From assembly GCA_903893565.1 (NCBI GenBank), contig CAITMU010000068.1, positions 58,066 through 122,065 of the forward strand: a DNA stretch of 64,000 bases, in the 5' to 3' direction. Position 1 is the first letter of the stretch. Each line of letters starts with the position of its first letter. The position numbers were made by a program, and so were the translations under genes. This stretch comes from an uncultured beta proteobacterium (GTDB lineage: Bacteria; Pseudomonadota; Gammaproteobacteria; Burkholderiales; SG8-41). This document shows positions 1 through 9,249 of the stretch, in pieces. A model generated the notes under the pieces. It ran no database searches, was not told the origin of the DNA, and was given only the letters and a program-made list of their open reading frames with translations.

Positions 1-1250
1 CCACGATTGATGCGCATATCGTAGCGCTCGATATGAAAACAGGCAAACAAATTTGGAAACAACAATTTGCCGATTGGAAAGAAAGTTATGCCGGTATCGT
101 GGCCCCAGCCGTGGTCAATGGTGTTTTGATCGCTGGGATGGCTGGGGGGGATCGGACGGCTCGCGGCTTTATTGATGGTTATGACCCGGATACAGGCAAG
201 CGTTTGTGGCGAACATGGGCGGTGCCTGAGCCAGGGCAGAAGGGCTCGGAGACTTGGCCTAAAGATATGCCCGATGCGTGGAAATATGGTGGGGGAGCGA
301 CCTGGCAGTCGGGAACTTATGATCCTGAACTCGATCTTTTTTATATTGGAACCGGCAATGCCGAACCCTATAATCCCAAATACCGTGGGGGCATGGATAG
401 TCTTTACACCGCGTGTATCTTGGCTATTCGTCCTAAAACGGGTGAATTGGTGTGGCACTATCAGTATGTGCCCAACGACACTTTCGATTTTGATGGGACC
501 TCAGAAAGTATCTTGGCTGAGATTGAAGTCGATGCAAAGCCCCGTCAGGTGTTATTCAATGTCCACAAGAATGGGTTTGCTTATGTGATTGATCGTACGA
601 ATGGTCAACTGATTGCGGCCCACCCCTATGTTGCACAGAATTGGGCTAAGTATATTGATCTTAAAACAGGACGCCCAGTATTAACCGATTTACTGGATCG
701 TGCACTCAAAGGCGAGACAATACAACTCATTCCTAGGCAAGGCACCAATGCGACGCTCTCCGCTTATAACCCCAAGTCAGGACGTTTATTTATTAACTCT
801 TGGGAGCTTATTCGAGAGATGAAGTTTGTAGATCAAAAGCTTTTGGTCGGAACCGGTTATACGGGGGTAGAGGCCTCCTTTAAGAACCCCCCTAAAGGCG
901 AACCCGTGGGCTATAACTTGGCGATGGAACCTTTGAGTGGCAAAGTGATTTGGAAGCGTCCCTTATTCGATTACGGTTTGTCTGCTGGCTCGTTGGCTAC
1001 CGATGGGGGGTTGATTTTTACGGGGAAGTTGACCGGAGAATTTATCGCACTCGATCAGGATACAGGGCAAATGGTATGGAAATTTCAAACGGGTTCGAGT
1101 ATCAATGCCCCACCCATTACCTACACACATAAGGGTCAACAGTATGTCACCATCCTGTCAGGACGAGGGGGGAGTAATCCGACCCGTTATGCCGGCAACG
1201 CAGTGCCCAGTGGAGGCTCCGTTTGGACTTTCGCCCTTTTACCAGAATGA
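1..1250 (+). CDS. PQQ-dependent alcohol/methanol dehydrogenase family quinoprotein, 5' end outside the window
   Basis: The frame is open from base 1 (TIDAHIVALDMKTGK...). Beta-propeller quinoprotein motifs are present: WKYGGGATWQSGTYDPELDLFYIGTGNAEPYNP, WHYQYVPNDTFDFDG and a C-terminal PITY..GQQYV. There is no C-terminal cytochrome c domain. Confidence 0.85.
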   Translation, partial: TIDAHIVALDMKTGKQIWKQQFADWKESYAGIVAPAVVNGVLIAGMAGGDRTARGFIDGYDPDTGKRLWRTWAVPEPGQKGSETWPKDMPDAWKYGGGATWQSGTYDPELDLFYIGTGNAEPYNPKYRGGMDSLYTACILAIRPKTGELVWHYQYVPNDTFDFDGTSESILAEIEVDAKPRQVLFNVHKNGFAYVIDRTNGQLIAAHPYVAQNWAKYIDLKTGRPVLTDLLDRALKGETIQLIPRQGTNATLSAYNPKSGRLFINSWELIREMKFVDQKLLVGTGYTGVEASFKNPPKGEPVGYNLAMEPLSGKVIWKRPLFDYGLSAGSLATDGGLIFTGKLTGEFIALDQDTGQMVWKFQTGSSINAPPITYTHKGQQYVTILSGRGGSNPTRYAGNAVPSGGSVWTFALLPE

Positions 1251-1267
1251 TAACGTGTCATAACTAA

Positions 1268-1296
1268 CGCGCCTCATAAAGAGGCGTTTGTCTATT
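1268..1296 (+). terminator. Candidate rho-independent terminator after the PQQ dehydrogenase gene
   Basis: Hairpin cgcctc-ataaa-gaggcg (1270-1286) followed by the T-rich tract tttgtctattt, about 20 nt after the stop codon. Confidence 0.4.
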
Positions 1297-1387
1297 TCGT
1301 TGTGGTTTAGGGTGGGACGGGGTCGATCTGAATTAATTATCAACCGGTCAATTGCATCGTTAACACTCAATGCTTTGGACGGGATGA

Positions 1388-2284
1388 TTAAAAAAATTCG
1401 TTAAGTAAAAATTTTTCTAATGTCTCAGTGTCTTTTTCCCGCGCAGACAGCGTTGTGGTGCGTCCCTTTTGTGGGTTGTTCCACTTAAAGTCACCTTTCT
1501 CATGCTGGCGAATGATTTGAATCATTTGCCGCACCACGGCGAGTTCTATACTGCTATTGTCACCCAGACGAACTTCAAATAATTGCGCGGCGTTGCGGCG
1601 CGCTTCGTTAAACCAACCATTAAACACAAATGAGGCAAAGGTTAATTCCCGAGTTTTAATTTGAAAAACCCCGCCACTTTTACTCGGATCGTAACCAAAA
1701 GCAGGGGCAGTCGCTGAGGCTAAATTTTGTTTTGCAATGCGCGTGGCTTTGGCATTGGCATCTTCCTGCTTTCCGACGGGCTCTGGGGATGGATCCTGCT
1801 CACCGCGAGCCTTTTTTTTGGCCGCCACCATGGAAGCAAAATCTAAGGCTGGCGCTGTCGAAGGGGTGGCTACTGGAGGCAGCGGGGGTAAGGCGGGAGT
1901 CGGCGGCGGTTGAGTGGCCTCAGGTAGTTTGGGTAGCACGGGGTTAGTTTTTTCAGGCATGGGTGCCGGCGGCGGGTTCACTGGCTTGGGTGCGCTAATG
2001 GGCGGTGGGGTTGTTTTTTTGAGCCGTGATGGCGGTTTGGCGCGGGCTACGGGCGGCTCTGGACGGGGTTGGGGTGCAGGTACGTCTAGAGAAGGAGCTG
2101 GTCCTGGTAGTGGTTCCAAGCGAACCGTGAGAGGTGGCGTATTTTTTTCAATCGGTTGGGGTTTCATTTTTACCCACCATATGATGGCGATATGAATGAA
2201 AATCGATAAAACCACAGCCAAAGCGATTAGCGGGATAGTAATACCTTCATGTTGGGAAGGATGATTTAAAAGCCGTTCGTTCAT
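1388..2284 (-). CDS. Membrane-anchored proline-rich protein of unknown function
   Basis: ATG at 2284 (MNERLL...). One N-terminal TM helix (IPLIALAVVLSIFIHIAIIWW) is followed by an approximately 100-aa Pro/Ala-rich linker and a C-terminal globular domain I do not recognise. The layout is TonB-like, but no TonB C-terminal motif is seen. Confidence 0.5.
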   Translation of the reverse strand: MNERLLNHPSQHEGITIPLIALAVVLSIFIHIAIIWWVKMKPQPIEKNTPPLTVRLEPLPGPAPSLDVPAPQPRPEPPVARAKPPSRLKKTTPPPISAPKPVNPPPAPMPEKTNPVLPKLPEATQPPPTPALPPLPPVATPSTAPALDFASMVAAKKKARGEQDPSPEPVGKQEDANAKATRIAKQNLASATAPAFGYDPSKSGGVFQIKTRELTFASFVFNGWFNEARRNAAQLFEVRLGDNSSIELAVVRQMIQIIRQHEKGDFKWNNPQKGRTTTLSAREKDTETLEKFLLNEFF

Positions 2285-2436
2285 GTAAAAATTAGCTCTT
2301 CCCGTAAAACGAGGCGGACGAAAAAAAACAGGGCAAATAACGTAAAAACCCAGCAAGCGACAAAAGCGCTAAGCGTTGGCTTATCGGCAGTCTGTGATCT
2401 TGCATGGCTTGGATTAATACGAAAATCATAGAATGG

Positions 2437-2763
2437 TTAGGGGATCAAGTGAAGGTGGGTGTTCGGCGGCAATCCTAAATTAATGAGACTGACATGGTGG
2501 GCTTGTAAAACGATACTTCCCCGATGTCTATTGTTGCCAGTTGTGCTGAATTCAAAGTCATAAGAACGTTGCCAGATAAGGCGTCCTTGTTCATTACGGA
2601 TGAGTTTTACATTTGAAATGCCCACGGTATCATCTAAAAACTGTAGATTTTCCGCCTCACAGGCTACACGGGCTTCTCTGACAGCAATTTCGCGAGCACG
2701 AAGACTATCAAACCACCACCATCCGACAAGGAGGAGCAAGAGTAGACTGAGTAGTTCTAGCAT
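2437..2763 (-). CDS. DUF3301-like small membrane protein
   Basis: 108 aa with an N-terminal TM helix, then WWFDSLRAREIAVREARVACE..LQFLDDTV...YDFEFS..G.NRHRGSIVL, a pattern recalled for DUF3301 proteins of beta/gammaproteobacteria. Confidence 0.55.
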   Translation of the reverse strand: MLELLSLLLLLLVGWWWFDSLRAREIAVREARVACEAENLQFLDDTVGISNVKLIRNEQGRLIWQRSYDFEFSTTGNNRHRGSIVLQAHHVSLINLGLPPNTHLHLIP

Positions 2764-3082
2764 GGTTAAAGGTTCGAAAGGGGTAAAAGGGCTATTCTAC
2801 GCAAGTCTTCTTACGGGAAGCGGATCAGGATAAATTTTTAAGAATAAGAGCTTTTTAGGTGAATTTAAGGGCTAAAAAAATACTTAAGTGTAGAGGAATT
2901 GGCTGGACGATGGCAGGCCAGGCGGCGCTTAATTTGTTTCAGAGTGTAAGGGGTTTTTACGTGGGGGCAAGCCGTCCAAAGCGTAGCAGGCGCTCACGCG
3001 AATGAGCCGGTTGCTTGGCAAGGCTCTATTACGGGAGTAGTCTAGGTGATGATTCAATTCTCAATGTAGGGGAAGTCTTTTT

Positions 3083-4114
3083 ATGAAACGTTTTTTTTAT
3101 CTTAATGTGGGCAAGATATTAGCCCAATCTAAGCCACCGGTATTCTTATCTAGAGTGTTTTATGCTCTCATGGTGGCTTTGTGGGCGATAGCGCCCCTTG
3201 CTACTCAAGCCCAGTCAGCATACCCCAATAAGCCCATTCGTATCATTATTGGTTATGCGCCCGGAGCCAGTAGCGATAATGTGGCGCGTATTTATGGCCA
3301 AAAGCTCTCCGAAAGTTGGGGGCAGCCGGTGGTGAACGACTTTAAGCCGGGTGGTAACACGATTATTGCGGCTGAGGCCTTAGTCCGATCCGCACCCGAT
3401 GGCTACACCTTTTTGTTGGTATTAAATACCCACGCCATTAATCCGTTACTCACCACGCTACCCTATGACCCAGTGAAAGATTTTGCTCCCGTTGCTTTGT
3501 TAGGCGTGAGTGAATATATGCTGGCGATCAACCCTTCGATCCCAGCTAAGGATTTAAAATCTTTCATTGCCTTTGCGCGCACAAAACCGGGGCAATTAAA
3601 TTACTCCTCTTCGGGTGCTGGGGGGTTGGGTCACTTGTCTGGAGAGTTATTTAATCAAATTGCGGGTCTTAAAACCCAGCACATTGCCTTTAAGGGCGGT
3701 GCCCCTTCGGTGGTGGCTTTGATTTCAGGGGAAGTGCAAATGTGTTTCATTCATCCGATCAATGTCTTGTCACAGATAAAAGCCGGTAAGCTCAGAGCGA
3801 TGGCGATTTCTGGGGCTCACCGATTACTGAGTTTGCCTGAGATGCCTACCTTTGCAGAAGCTGGCCTTGCCCAGTTTTCTTCTACGAATTGGTTTGGTAT
3901 TCTGGCCCCGTCAGCGACCCCTAAGTCGATTATCAATGCCGTATCCAGTGAATTGGCTCGCATCGGAGGATTGCCTGAGTTGAAGGAAAAGCTCGCCATA
4001 CAAGGGGTAGATTCTTCGCATTTGGATCCGGAACGTTTTGCGGCATTAATCAAAACAGAAACGGAAAAATTTGCCGCAGTGGTTAAAAAAGCCCATATTC
4101 AACTCGTTAACTGA
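3083..4114 (+). CDS. Bug/TctC-family tripartite tricarboxylate transporter substrate-binding protein
   Basis: Signal peptide, then YPNKPIRIIIGYAPGASSDNVAR, PDGYTFL, LNYSSSGAGGLGHL, AFKGGAP and TNWFGILAP, the typical Bug family motifs. Confidence 0.85.
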   Translation: MKRFFYLNVGKILAQSKPPVFLSRVFYALMVALWAIAPLATQAQSAYPNKPIRIIIGYAPGASSDNVARIYGQKLSESWGQPVVNDFKPGGNTIIAAEALVRSAPDGYTFLLVLNTHAINPLLTTLPYDPVKDFAPVALLGVSEYMLAINPSIPAKDLKSFIAFARTKPGQLNYSSSGAGGLGHLSGELFNQIAGLKTQHIAFKGGAPSVVALISGEVQMCFIHPINVLSQIKAGKLRAMAISGAHRLLSLPEMPTFAEAGLAQFSSTNWFGILAPSATPKSIINAVSSELARIGGLPELKEKLAIQGVDSSHLDPERFAALIKTETEKFAAVVKKAHIQLVN

Positions 4115-4186
4115 GTGTGAGTGTAGGTATTACAGCGATCTGAATTTTTATAAAATACCACCGACTTTTTGGGAAGGATCATAAAA

Positions 4187-4660
4187 ATGAAACTATATTT
4201 AGTGCATCACGCTGATGCTTTATCAGCAGAACAGGATCCGCAAAGACACATTAGTGCATTGGGGTGTCGTCAGGCCGATCGCATTGGGGATCGGCTGAGC
4301 GCTTTATCGGTGGCTTCCCTACCGATTTATTTTAGTGAAAAACAATGGACTATCGATACGGCGCAGCGCATCGCTCAAAAACTCGGGGCGCAAGCCCAGC
4401 TTCAACAAGCCTCATATCCCATCAATACAGATGATCCCATTGCCCCTTTTATTAAAGATTTGGGCTTGGCCCGTGGTGATGTCATGATGTGCGGCCATGT
4501 TGATTATTTGCTCCGTGTGGCCTCCTACCTTTTATGCGGAGATGAAAAGCGCAAGGTGGTGGAGTTTAAGCCGGGTAACGGTACATTGATCTGCTTAGAG
4601 GGACAGGCCAATCAATGGGCTGTTATTTTTGCCTGGCGACAGGACCATGCGCCAGGTTAA
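4187..4660 (+). CDS. SixA-like histidine phosphatase superfamily protein (divergent)
   Basis: ATG at 4187 (MKLYLVHHADA...) with GGAAGGA upstream. Size and layout resemble SixA, including a late GH motif (MMCGHVDYL). The N-terminal RHG motif reads HHA instead. Confidence 0.45.
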   Translation: MKLYLVHHADALSAEQDPQRHISALGCRQADRIGDRLSALSVASLPIYFSEKQWTIDTAQRIAQKLGAQAQLQQASYPINTDDPIAPFIKDLGLARGDVMMCGHVDYLLRVASYLLCGDEKRKVVEFKPGNGTLICLEGQANQWAVIFAWRQDHAPG

Positions 4661-4696
4661 TTCTTTGTTGCCGCACGCAACCGATGGGCCTAGAGG

Positions 4697-5275
4697 TTAA
4701 GTATTGAAGCAGGCTTTCAGGGGCTCATCAAATTGCCCATCGATGAGAACGAATAATATTTTACAAGGCTTGTCGCTGCGGTTCGCCCATGAATGGCTCG
4801 TGCCGCGTTGGACGACAATATCGCCTTGTTTGAGCACTACATCACCTTCGTCCAGAATCATCGTTAATTCCCCATCAAGAATGACCGCGTAATCGACCGT
4901 CTGTGTTCGGTGCATGATGGGATGGCGTCCACCACGACCATGCTGGGAGGCTTTTTCATCTCCCATGGCCTTAAAAATGGCCTGAGCCGCCTCGGGAGTC
5001 AGATCGCGGATGGCTTGTGGTTCAGGGGCCCACTCGGCCACACGAATCACTGTACCGTGAGCCACCGGGTGAATGGTCCCGGGTCCGGGGTGTGTGGGGT
5101 CTGTTTCGGTGGCGCTGATCTGGGCAGGCATTTGGCTGGTTCGCCATACCTCGGTCGAGCGGTGACCGGGACGAAGAGGATTGGTTTTTAGGGTCGGTGT
5201 TAACCCATCTGATAAGACCACGGATTTTCCATTTTTGTCGTGACCCGTGACTATGCGGCGAACAAAACCACTCAT
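4697..5275 (-). CDS. Cupin domain protein
   Basis: ATG at 5275 (MSGFVRRIVTGHD...). The C-terminal beta-barrel pattern VDYAVILDGELTMILDEGDVVLKQGDIVVQRGTSHSWANRSD is typical of small cupins. Confidence 0.6.
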   Translation of the reverse strand: MSGFVRRIVTGHDKNGKSVVLSDGLTPTLKTNPLRPGHRSTEVWRTSQMPAQISATETDPTHPGPGTIHPVAHGTVIRVAEWAPEPQAIRDLTPEAAQAIFKAMGDEKASQHGRGGRHPIMHRTQTVDYAVILDGELTMILDEGDVVLKQGDIVVQRGTSHSWANRSDKPCKILFVLIDGQFDEPLKACFNT

Positions 5276-5349
5276 AAAATTTATCCTTTCAAGTAAAGTG
5301 GGCGAGGCGCGTATTGAAACACTCGCACTTTGATTCATCCCATGGCTGA

Positions 5350-6333
5350 TTACTCGGGTTGTATGCCTGCGAGTTTCACCAGTTGTGCAAAACGGTTGAT
5401 CGATTGAATAACAAATTTTTTAAACTCAGCAGGGGTATTACCCACGGGTTCCATATTGACGGCAGCTAATGATTTTTGTACGGAGGGGGTAAAGATTACC
5501 TGACGGATTTGCGCTTGTAATTGATCGATTCGATTTTTGGGAGTGTGCGCTGGCGCAAACACGCCATACCAACTAGAATCAATTTCCATTCCGGTTATCC
5601 CTGACTCAATGAGTGTGGGCACTTGGGGGAGTAGGGGTGAGCGTGATGGAGCGTTGTAGGCCAAGGCCCGGATTTTTCCATTTCTAATTTGTCCGATTAG
5701 GGTTCCTGGGTTAGATAAGGTCAGTTGAATTTCACCACCAATTAAAGCCATGCTCATCGGCCCCCCCCCTTTGTAGGGAATGTGGGTGAGGGTAGTGCCG
5801 GTGCGTGAGGCAAATAGTGCTCCGGATAAATGGGTGACATTGCCGATGCCCGAGGAGCCGTAGGCAAAATGGGCTCCTGGTCTTTTGGCCAGTTCAATGA
5901 ATTCTTGTAAGTTGCTAGCGGGTACTGTGGGAGAGATAGCGAGGATGAGGGCTTCAGAAAAACTTAAATTGGTAATCGGCTCAAAGCTGCGGATTGAATC
6001 GAAAGGAAGTTTTTTAGAGATGCTAGGATTAATGGCAAAGGCGGCCGAAGTGATTAGGAGGGTATAGGCGTCGGGGTTGGATTTGGCAACAATATCGGCC
6101 GCCATGATGCCATTGCTACCCGGCCGATTATCCAGCACCATGGTTTGTCGCATCAGTGCGGTTAAAGGGGGAGTGATGATTCGTGATACCGTATCGGGGG
6201 AACCCCCGGGAGCGAATCCTAAGACCCAGCGCACAGGCCGTTGGGGAAAATCATCGGGCAAAGTGGCCGATGAGACAGTCCCTAGAAAAGAAAAGAATAT
6301 CGCAAATGCGAACGTATAGCGGCTAATTTTCAT
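5350..6333 (-). CDS. Bug/TctC-family substrate-binding protein
   Basis: Motifs FPQRPVRWVLGFAPGGSPD, PDAYTLL, FAYGSSGIGNVTHL, IPYKGGGP and SSWYGVFAP. The ATG at 6333 is preferred over the TTG at 6345. Confidence 0.85.
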   Translation of the reverse strand: MKISRYTFAFAIFFSFLGTVSSATLPDDFPQRPVRWVLGFAPGGSPDTVSRIITPPLTALMRQTMVLDNRPGSNGIMAADIVAKSNPDAYTLLITSAAFAINPSISKKLPFDSIRSFEPITNLSFSEALILAISPTVPASNLQEFIELAKRPGAHFAYGSSGIGNVTHLSGALFASRTGTTLTHIPYKGGGPMSMALIGGEIQLTLSNPGTLIGQIRNGKIRALAYNAPSRSPLLPQVPTLIESGITGMEIDSSWYGVFAPAHTPKNRIDQLQAQIRQVIFTPSVQKSLAAVNMEPVGNTPAEFKKFVIQSINRFAQLVKLAGIQPE

Positions 6334-6414
6334 AGAAAGTGTCAATTAATTAATCATGATGAGTGATTCTAATCGCATAATCTTGTAGGCGAAAGACCGC
6401 GGAGGAGGAAGAAA

Positions 6415-7488
6415 ATGATGGTAATAACAAATAAGCGTGGGTCGTGGCTATTCATGAGCTCCAAAAGTCAAAGAAAAGGGTCAGTCGATCGGTGTTTTCG
6501 TAAGAGTCTGGCCTATAGGTTCATTGGCTTGCTGGTGTGTGTATTTTTATATTCAGGGCCCTTCGTAGGAGAAAGTCTGAGTGCAGACTATCCTACGCGT
6601 CCCGTGCGATTGATTGTGGGTTTTGTGCCAGGTGGGGTGGCCGACTTATTGGCTCGTGGGTTAGGGCAGGCATTGAGCCAACAGTGGTCACAACCGGTGA
6701 TTATTGATAACCGATCTGGCGGGGGAGGGCTTATCGGCATGCAGTTAGCAGCAAAATCCCAAGCCGATGGGTATACCCTGTTGATGGGTTCGTCGACCCA
6801 GTTTTCCATTACACCGGCTTTGTCTCATGCTGCCGATCATGATCCTTCGGTGCATTTTCAGCCAGTCAGTCAAGTGGCACTTACCCCTGTAATATTGACT
6901 GTCTCGAGCGCAACACCTGTTCGATCTTTGTCGGATTTGATTCAATGGTCACGACAATCAGCAACCTCCTTAAGTTACGGTTCAACCGGTTATGGCGGGG
7001 CACCGCATATAGCGGCTGAATGGTTAAAGAATCGATCTGGGGTGAGTTTTACTCACGTGCCCTTCAAAGGCGGAGGTGATTCGATGCTCTCTTTAATGGG
7101 TGGGCATGTGCAATTTGCCGTCGGTGCCGTTTCCACCGCATTGCCCCAATTAAAGGAGGGAAGAATTCGGGCTTTGGGGGTCACCACTTCGCAGCGAATG
7201 AAAGCGTTGCCCCAAGTGCCCACCTTTATTGAGCAAGGCTTTAGTGGCTTTGATGTCGAGCAGTGGTACGGGGTTTTTGCCCCTATCGGACTGCCTCAGG
7301 AGCGCTTGAAGAGCATTCAAGATGCCATGAGAAAGGTCTTAACCACCAATGATCTGGTCGATAAGTTCAATGCCCAAGGCGTGCAATTAATGGCCTCATC
7401 GCCTGAGATATTTTCTCGTTACGTGAAATCGGAATTAGTACGCTGGACAGCGATATTAAAAATGCTGCAGATCAATGAGGCCCCCTAG
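6415..7488 (+). CDS. Bug/TctC-family substrate-binding protein
   Basis: Motifs YPTRPVRLIVGFVPGGVADLLAR, ADGYTLL, LSYGSTGYGGAPH, VPFKGGG and EQWYGVFAP. The start is uncertain; the alternative is M14 at 6454. Confidence 0.85.
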   Translation: MMVITNKRGSWLFMSSKSQRKGSVDRCFRKSLAYRFIGLLVCVFLYSGPFVGESLSADYPTRPVRLIVGFVPGGVADLLARGLGQALSQQWSQPVIIDNRSGGGGLIGMQLAAKSQADGYTLLMGSSTQFSITPALSHAADHDPSVHFQPVSQVALTPVILTVSSATPVRSLSDLIQWSRQSATSLSYGSTGYGGAPHIAAEWLKNRSGVSFTHVPFKGGGDSMLSLMGGHVQFAVGAVSTALPQLKEGRIRALGVTTSQRMKALPQVPTFIEQGFSGFDVEQWYGVFAPIGLPQERLKSIQDAMRKVLTTNDLVDKFNAQGVQLMASSPEIFSRYVKSELVRWTAILKMLQINEAP

Positions 7489-7674
7489 TTAAAGAGCGTA
7501 AAGCGGAAAACTAAGGATCACGACCCCGAGAGAGGCTCCACCGCAGAATCGAATCGATGTATCTAAACTCAAAGGGGTTCTGTCTTTTTTTCTAACCACC
7601 TTGACTCGGATATTAAATGCATTCACATTAGTCGTACATTGTTTTTTGAAGAGTTTATTTTTTGAAGGTGACGC

Positions 7675-8238
7675 ATGTATTCCAAAGTCAGATTGGTGAT
7701 TCCCTATGCCCCAGCCCTGTCATCCCGGGCAACACAGGTCAGTGGTGAACGCCATGCAGTCAGCGCCCACAATCGAGTGACCAGAAAAAATCGTTTGGGG
7801 GTATTAGATAACAGTAAAGGCAATGCGGATCATTTACTGGCTATGGTTGTTAAGGGTATCCAGCTGAAAATGGATTTCTCATCCGTGGTTTATAAGAGAA
7901 AGCCTCACGTGTCTTTGCCAGCGCCGGATCATGTCTTAGATCAACTAGAGCAAGAGGCGGATATTGTTATCAGCGCCATGGCTGATTGAGGGGCCTGTAC
8001 GTCGTGGAGTGTCCACGACATGGCTCAACTAAATCAGCGAGGAATTGCCACCGCGCTCATTTGTTCTGAACCCTTTATGGCCTTAGGTAAAAACCAAGCG
8101 CGTGTGCTGGGTGTGCCGGATTTAACTTTGATCCCGATTGTTCATCCTCTCGGGGGTTTGTCATTGCGACAAGTTGAGGATCGTGCCGCTCAAGTTAGCG
8201 CTCCTTTGTTAGGCTGGCTCGAGTCCGTGTGTCGTTAA
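7675..8238 (+). CDS. UGSC-motif family candidate selenoprotein (U-G-A-C variant); in-frame TGA at 7987-7989 read as selenocysteine
   Basis: ORFs 7675-7989 and 8020-8238 share one frame with no other stop between them. TGA is followed by GGG GCC TGT, giving AMAD-U-GACTSWSVHD. A hairpin begins 11 nt after the TGA. The product aligns end to end with the 53231-53755 product, which has its TGA at the same column. The downstream half has no RBS of its own. Confidence 0.8.
8001..8019 (+). promoter_or_regulatory. SECIS-like hairpin for the TGA at 7987
   Basis: gtcgtgga-gtg-tccacgac forms a perfect 8-bp stem with GU in the apical loop. It starts exactly 11 nt after the TGA and is identical to the element at 53524-53542. 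Confidence 0.7.
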
Positions 8239-8256
8239 TGGCAAGTAAGTATTTTG

Positions 8257-9249
8257 ATGATTACTCTTAGGTGTTTTATGACAAATCGTATCGGTATGAG
8301 TGTGTTGGGTATTTGTTTTTGCGTTTGTTCTGTGGGTGCAGCAGCGCGGGAGGTGTGGCCCAGTAAGCCGATTCGGCTTGTGAATCCCTATACTCCGGGT
8401 GGAGCAGTTGATACCGTGGCGCGCACGCTGGCGCAACAAATGTCTGAGACCTGGGGGCAACCGGTGATTGTGGATAACCGACCTGGAGCTGGAACGACTA
8501 TTGGAATGGATATCGTAGCGCAAGCGGTGGGCGATGGTTATACCTTGCTCGTAAATAATGGTTCAGTCGCCACTGTCGTACCCTTATATCCTAAGCTTGC
8601 CCTAAACCCGGTGAAGGACTTTGCGCCAATCGCGTTAGCCGTACAGTCGCCTTATTTGCTTGGCGTGCAACCGAGTCTGAAGGTTAATAACGTACAAGAG
8701 TTTATCGCTTATGCCAAAGCGCGCCCGGGCCAATTGCTCTTTGGGTCTACCGGTATGGGATCTTTGGCGCAATTGACCATGGAACTATTAAAAGCAAACG
8801 CTAAAATCGATTTGTTACATGTGCCTTATAAAGGAGGGGCACCTAACATTACCGCGCTACTTAGTGGTGAGGTTCAGGCTATTTTTGGACCTGTTTCTGC
8901 GATTACACCACTAGCGAAAATAGGCAAAATCAAGGCGCTGGCTGTAAGTAGCGCCAAGCGTGTCGAATTAGCCCCTGAGATACCGACAGTGGCGGAGCAG
9001 GGGGTGCCTGGTTTTGAAGCGACGAGTTGGTACCCTATTTTTGCACCGGCCCGTACCCCTTTGGCGATCACGCAAAAAGCGAATGCCGATATCAATCGCA
9101 TTTTACAAAAACCCGAGGTTAAAAGTCACTTCTTGGCTTTGGGCATGATTCCAGTGATAGGCTCCCCCGAAATGCTAAGCGACTATTTGCGTGCCGAAAT
9201 CAACCGTTGGACTAAGATTATTATATCCACAGGGGTTAAGCCGGAATAA
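8257..9249 (+). CDS. Bug/TctC-family substrate-binding protein
   Basis: Motifs WPSKPIRLVNPYTPGGAVDTVAR, GDGYTLL, LLFGSTGMGSLAQL, VPYKGGAP and TSWYPIFAP. The start is ambiguous (TTG 8254, ATG 8257 or ATG 8278). The gene begins less than 40 nt after the selenoprotein stop. Confidence 0.85.
   Translation: MITLRCFMTNRIGMSVLGICFCVCSVGAAAREVWPSKPIRLVNPYTPGGAVDTVARTLAQQMSETWGQPVIVDNRPGAGTTIGMDIVAQAVGDGYTLLVNNGSVATVVPLYPKLALNPVKDFAPIALAVQSPYLLGVQPSLKVNNVQEFIAYAKARPGQLLFGSTGMGSLAQLTMELLKANAKIDLLHVPYKGGAPNITALLSGEVQAIFGPVSAITPLAKIGKIKALAVSSAKRVELAPEIPTVAEQGVPGFEATSWYPIFAPARTPLAITQKANADINRILQKPEVKSHFLALGMIPVIGSPEMLSDYLRAEINRWTKIIISTGVKPE

Noticed and set aside
1732-2195. Plus-strand ORFs of 71 aa and 93 aa (Gly/Ala/Trp-rich)
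   Set aside because: They are antisense to the proline-rich linker region. CCN/GCN repeats generate open GGN/NGC frames on the opposite strand.
8209-8523. 104-aa minus-strand ORF overlapping the end of the first selenoprotein gene and the start of a Bug gene
   Set aside because: It is antisense to two well-supported plus-strand genes, and its His/Arg/Thr-rich composition is typical of a spurious frame.
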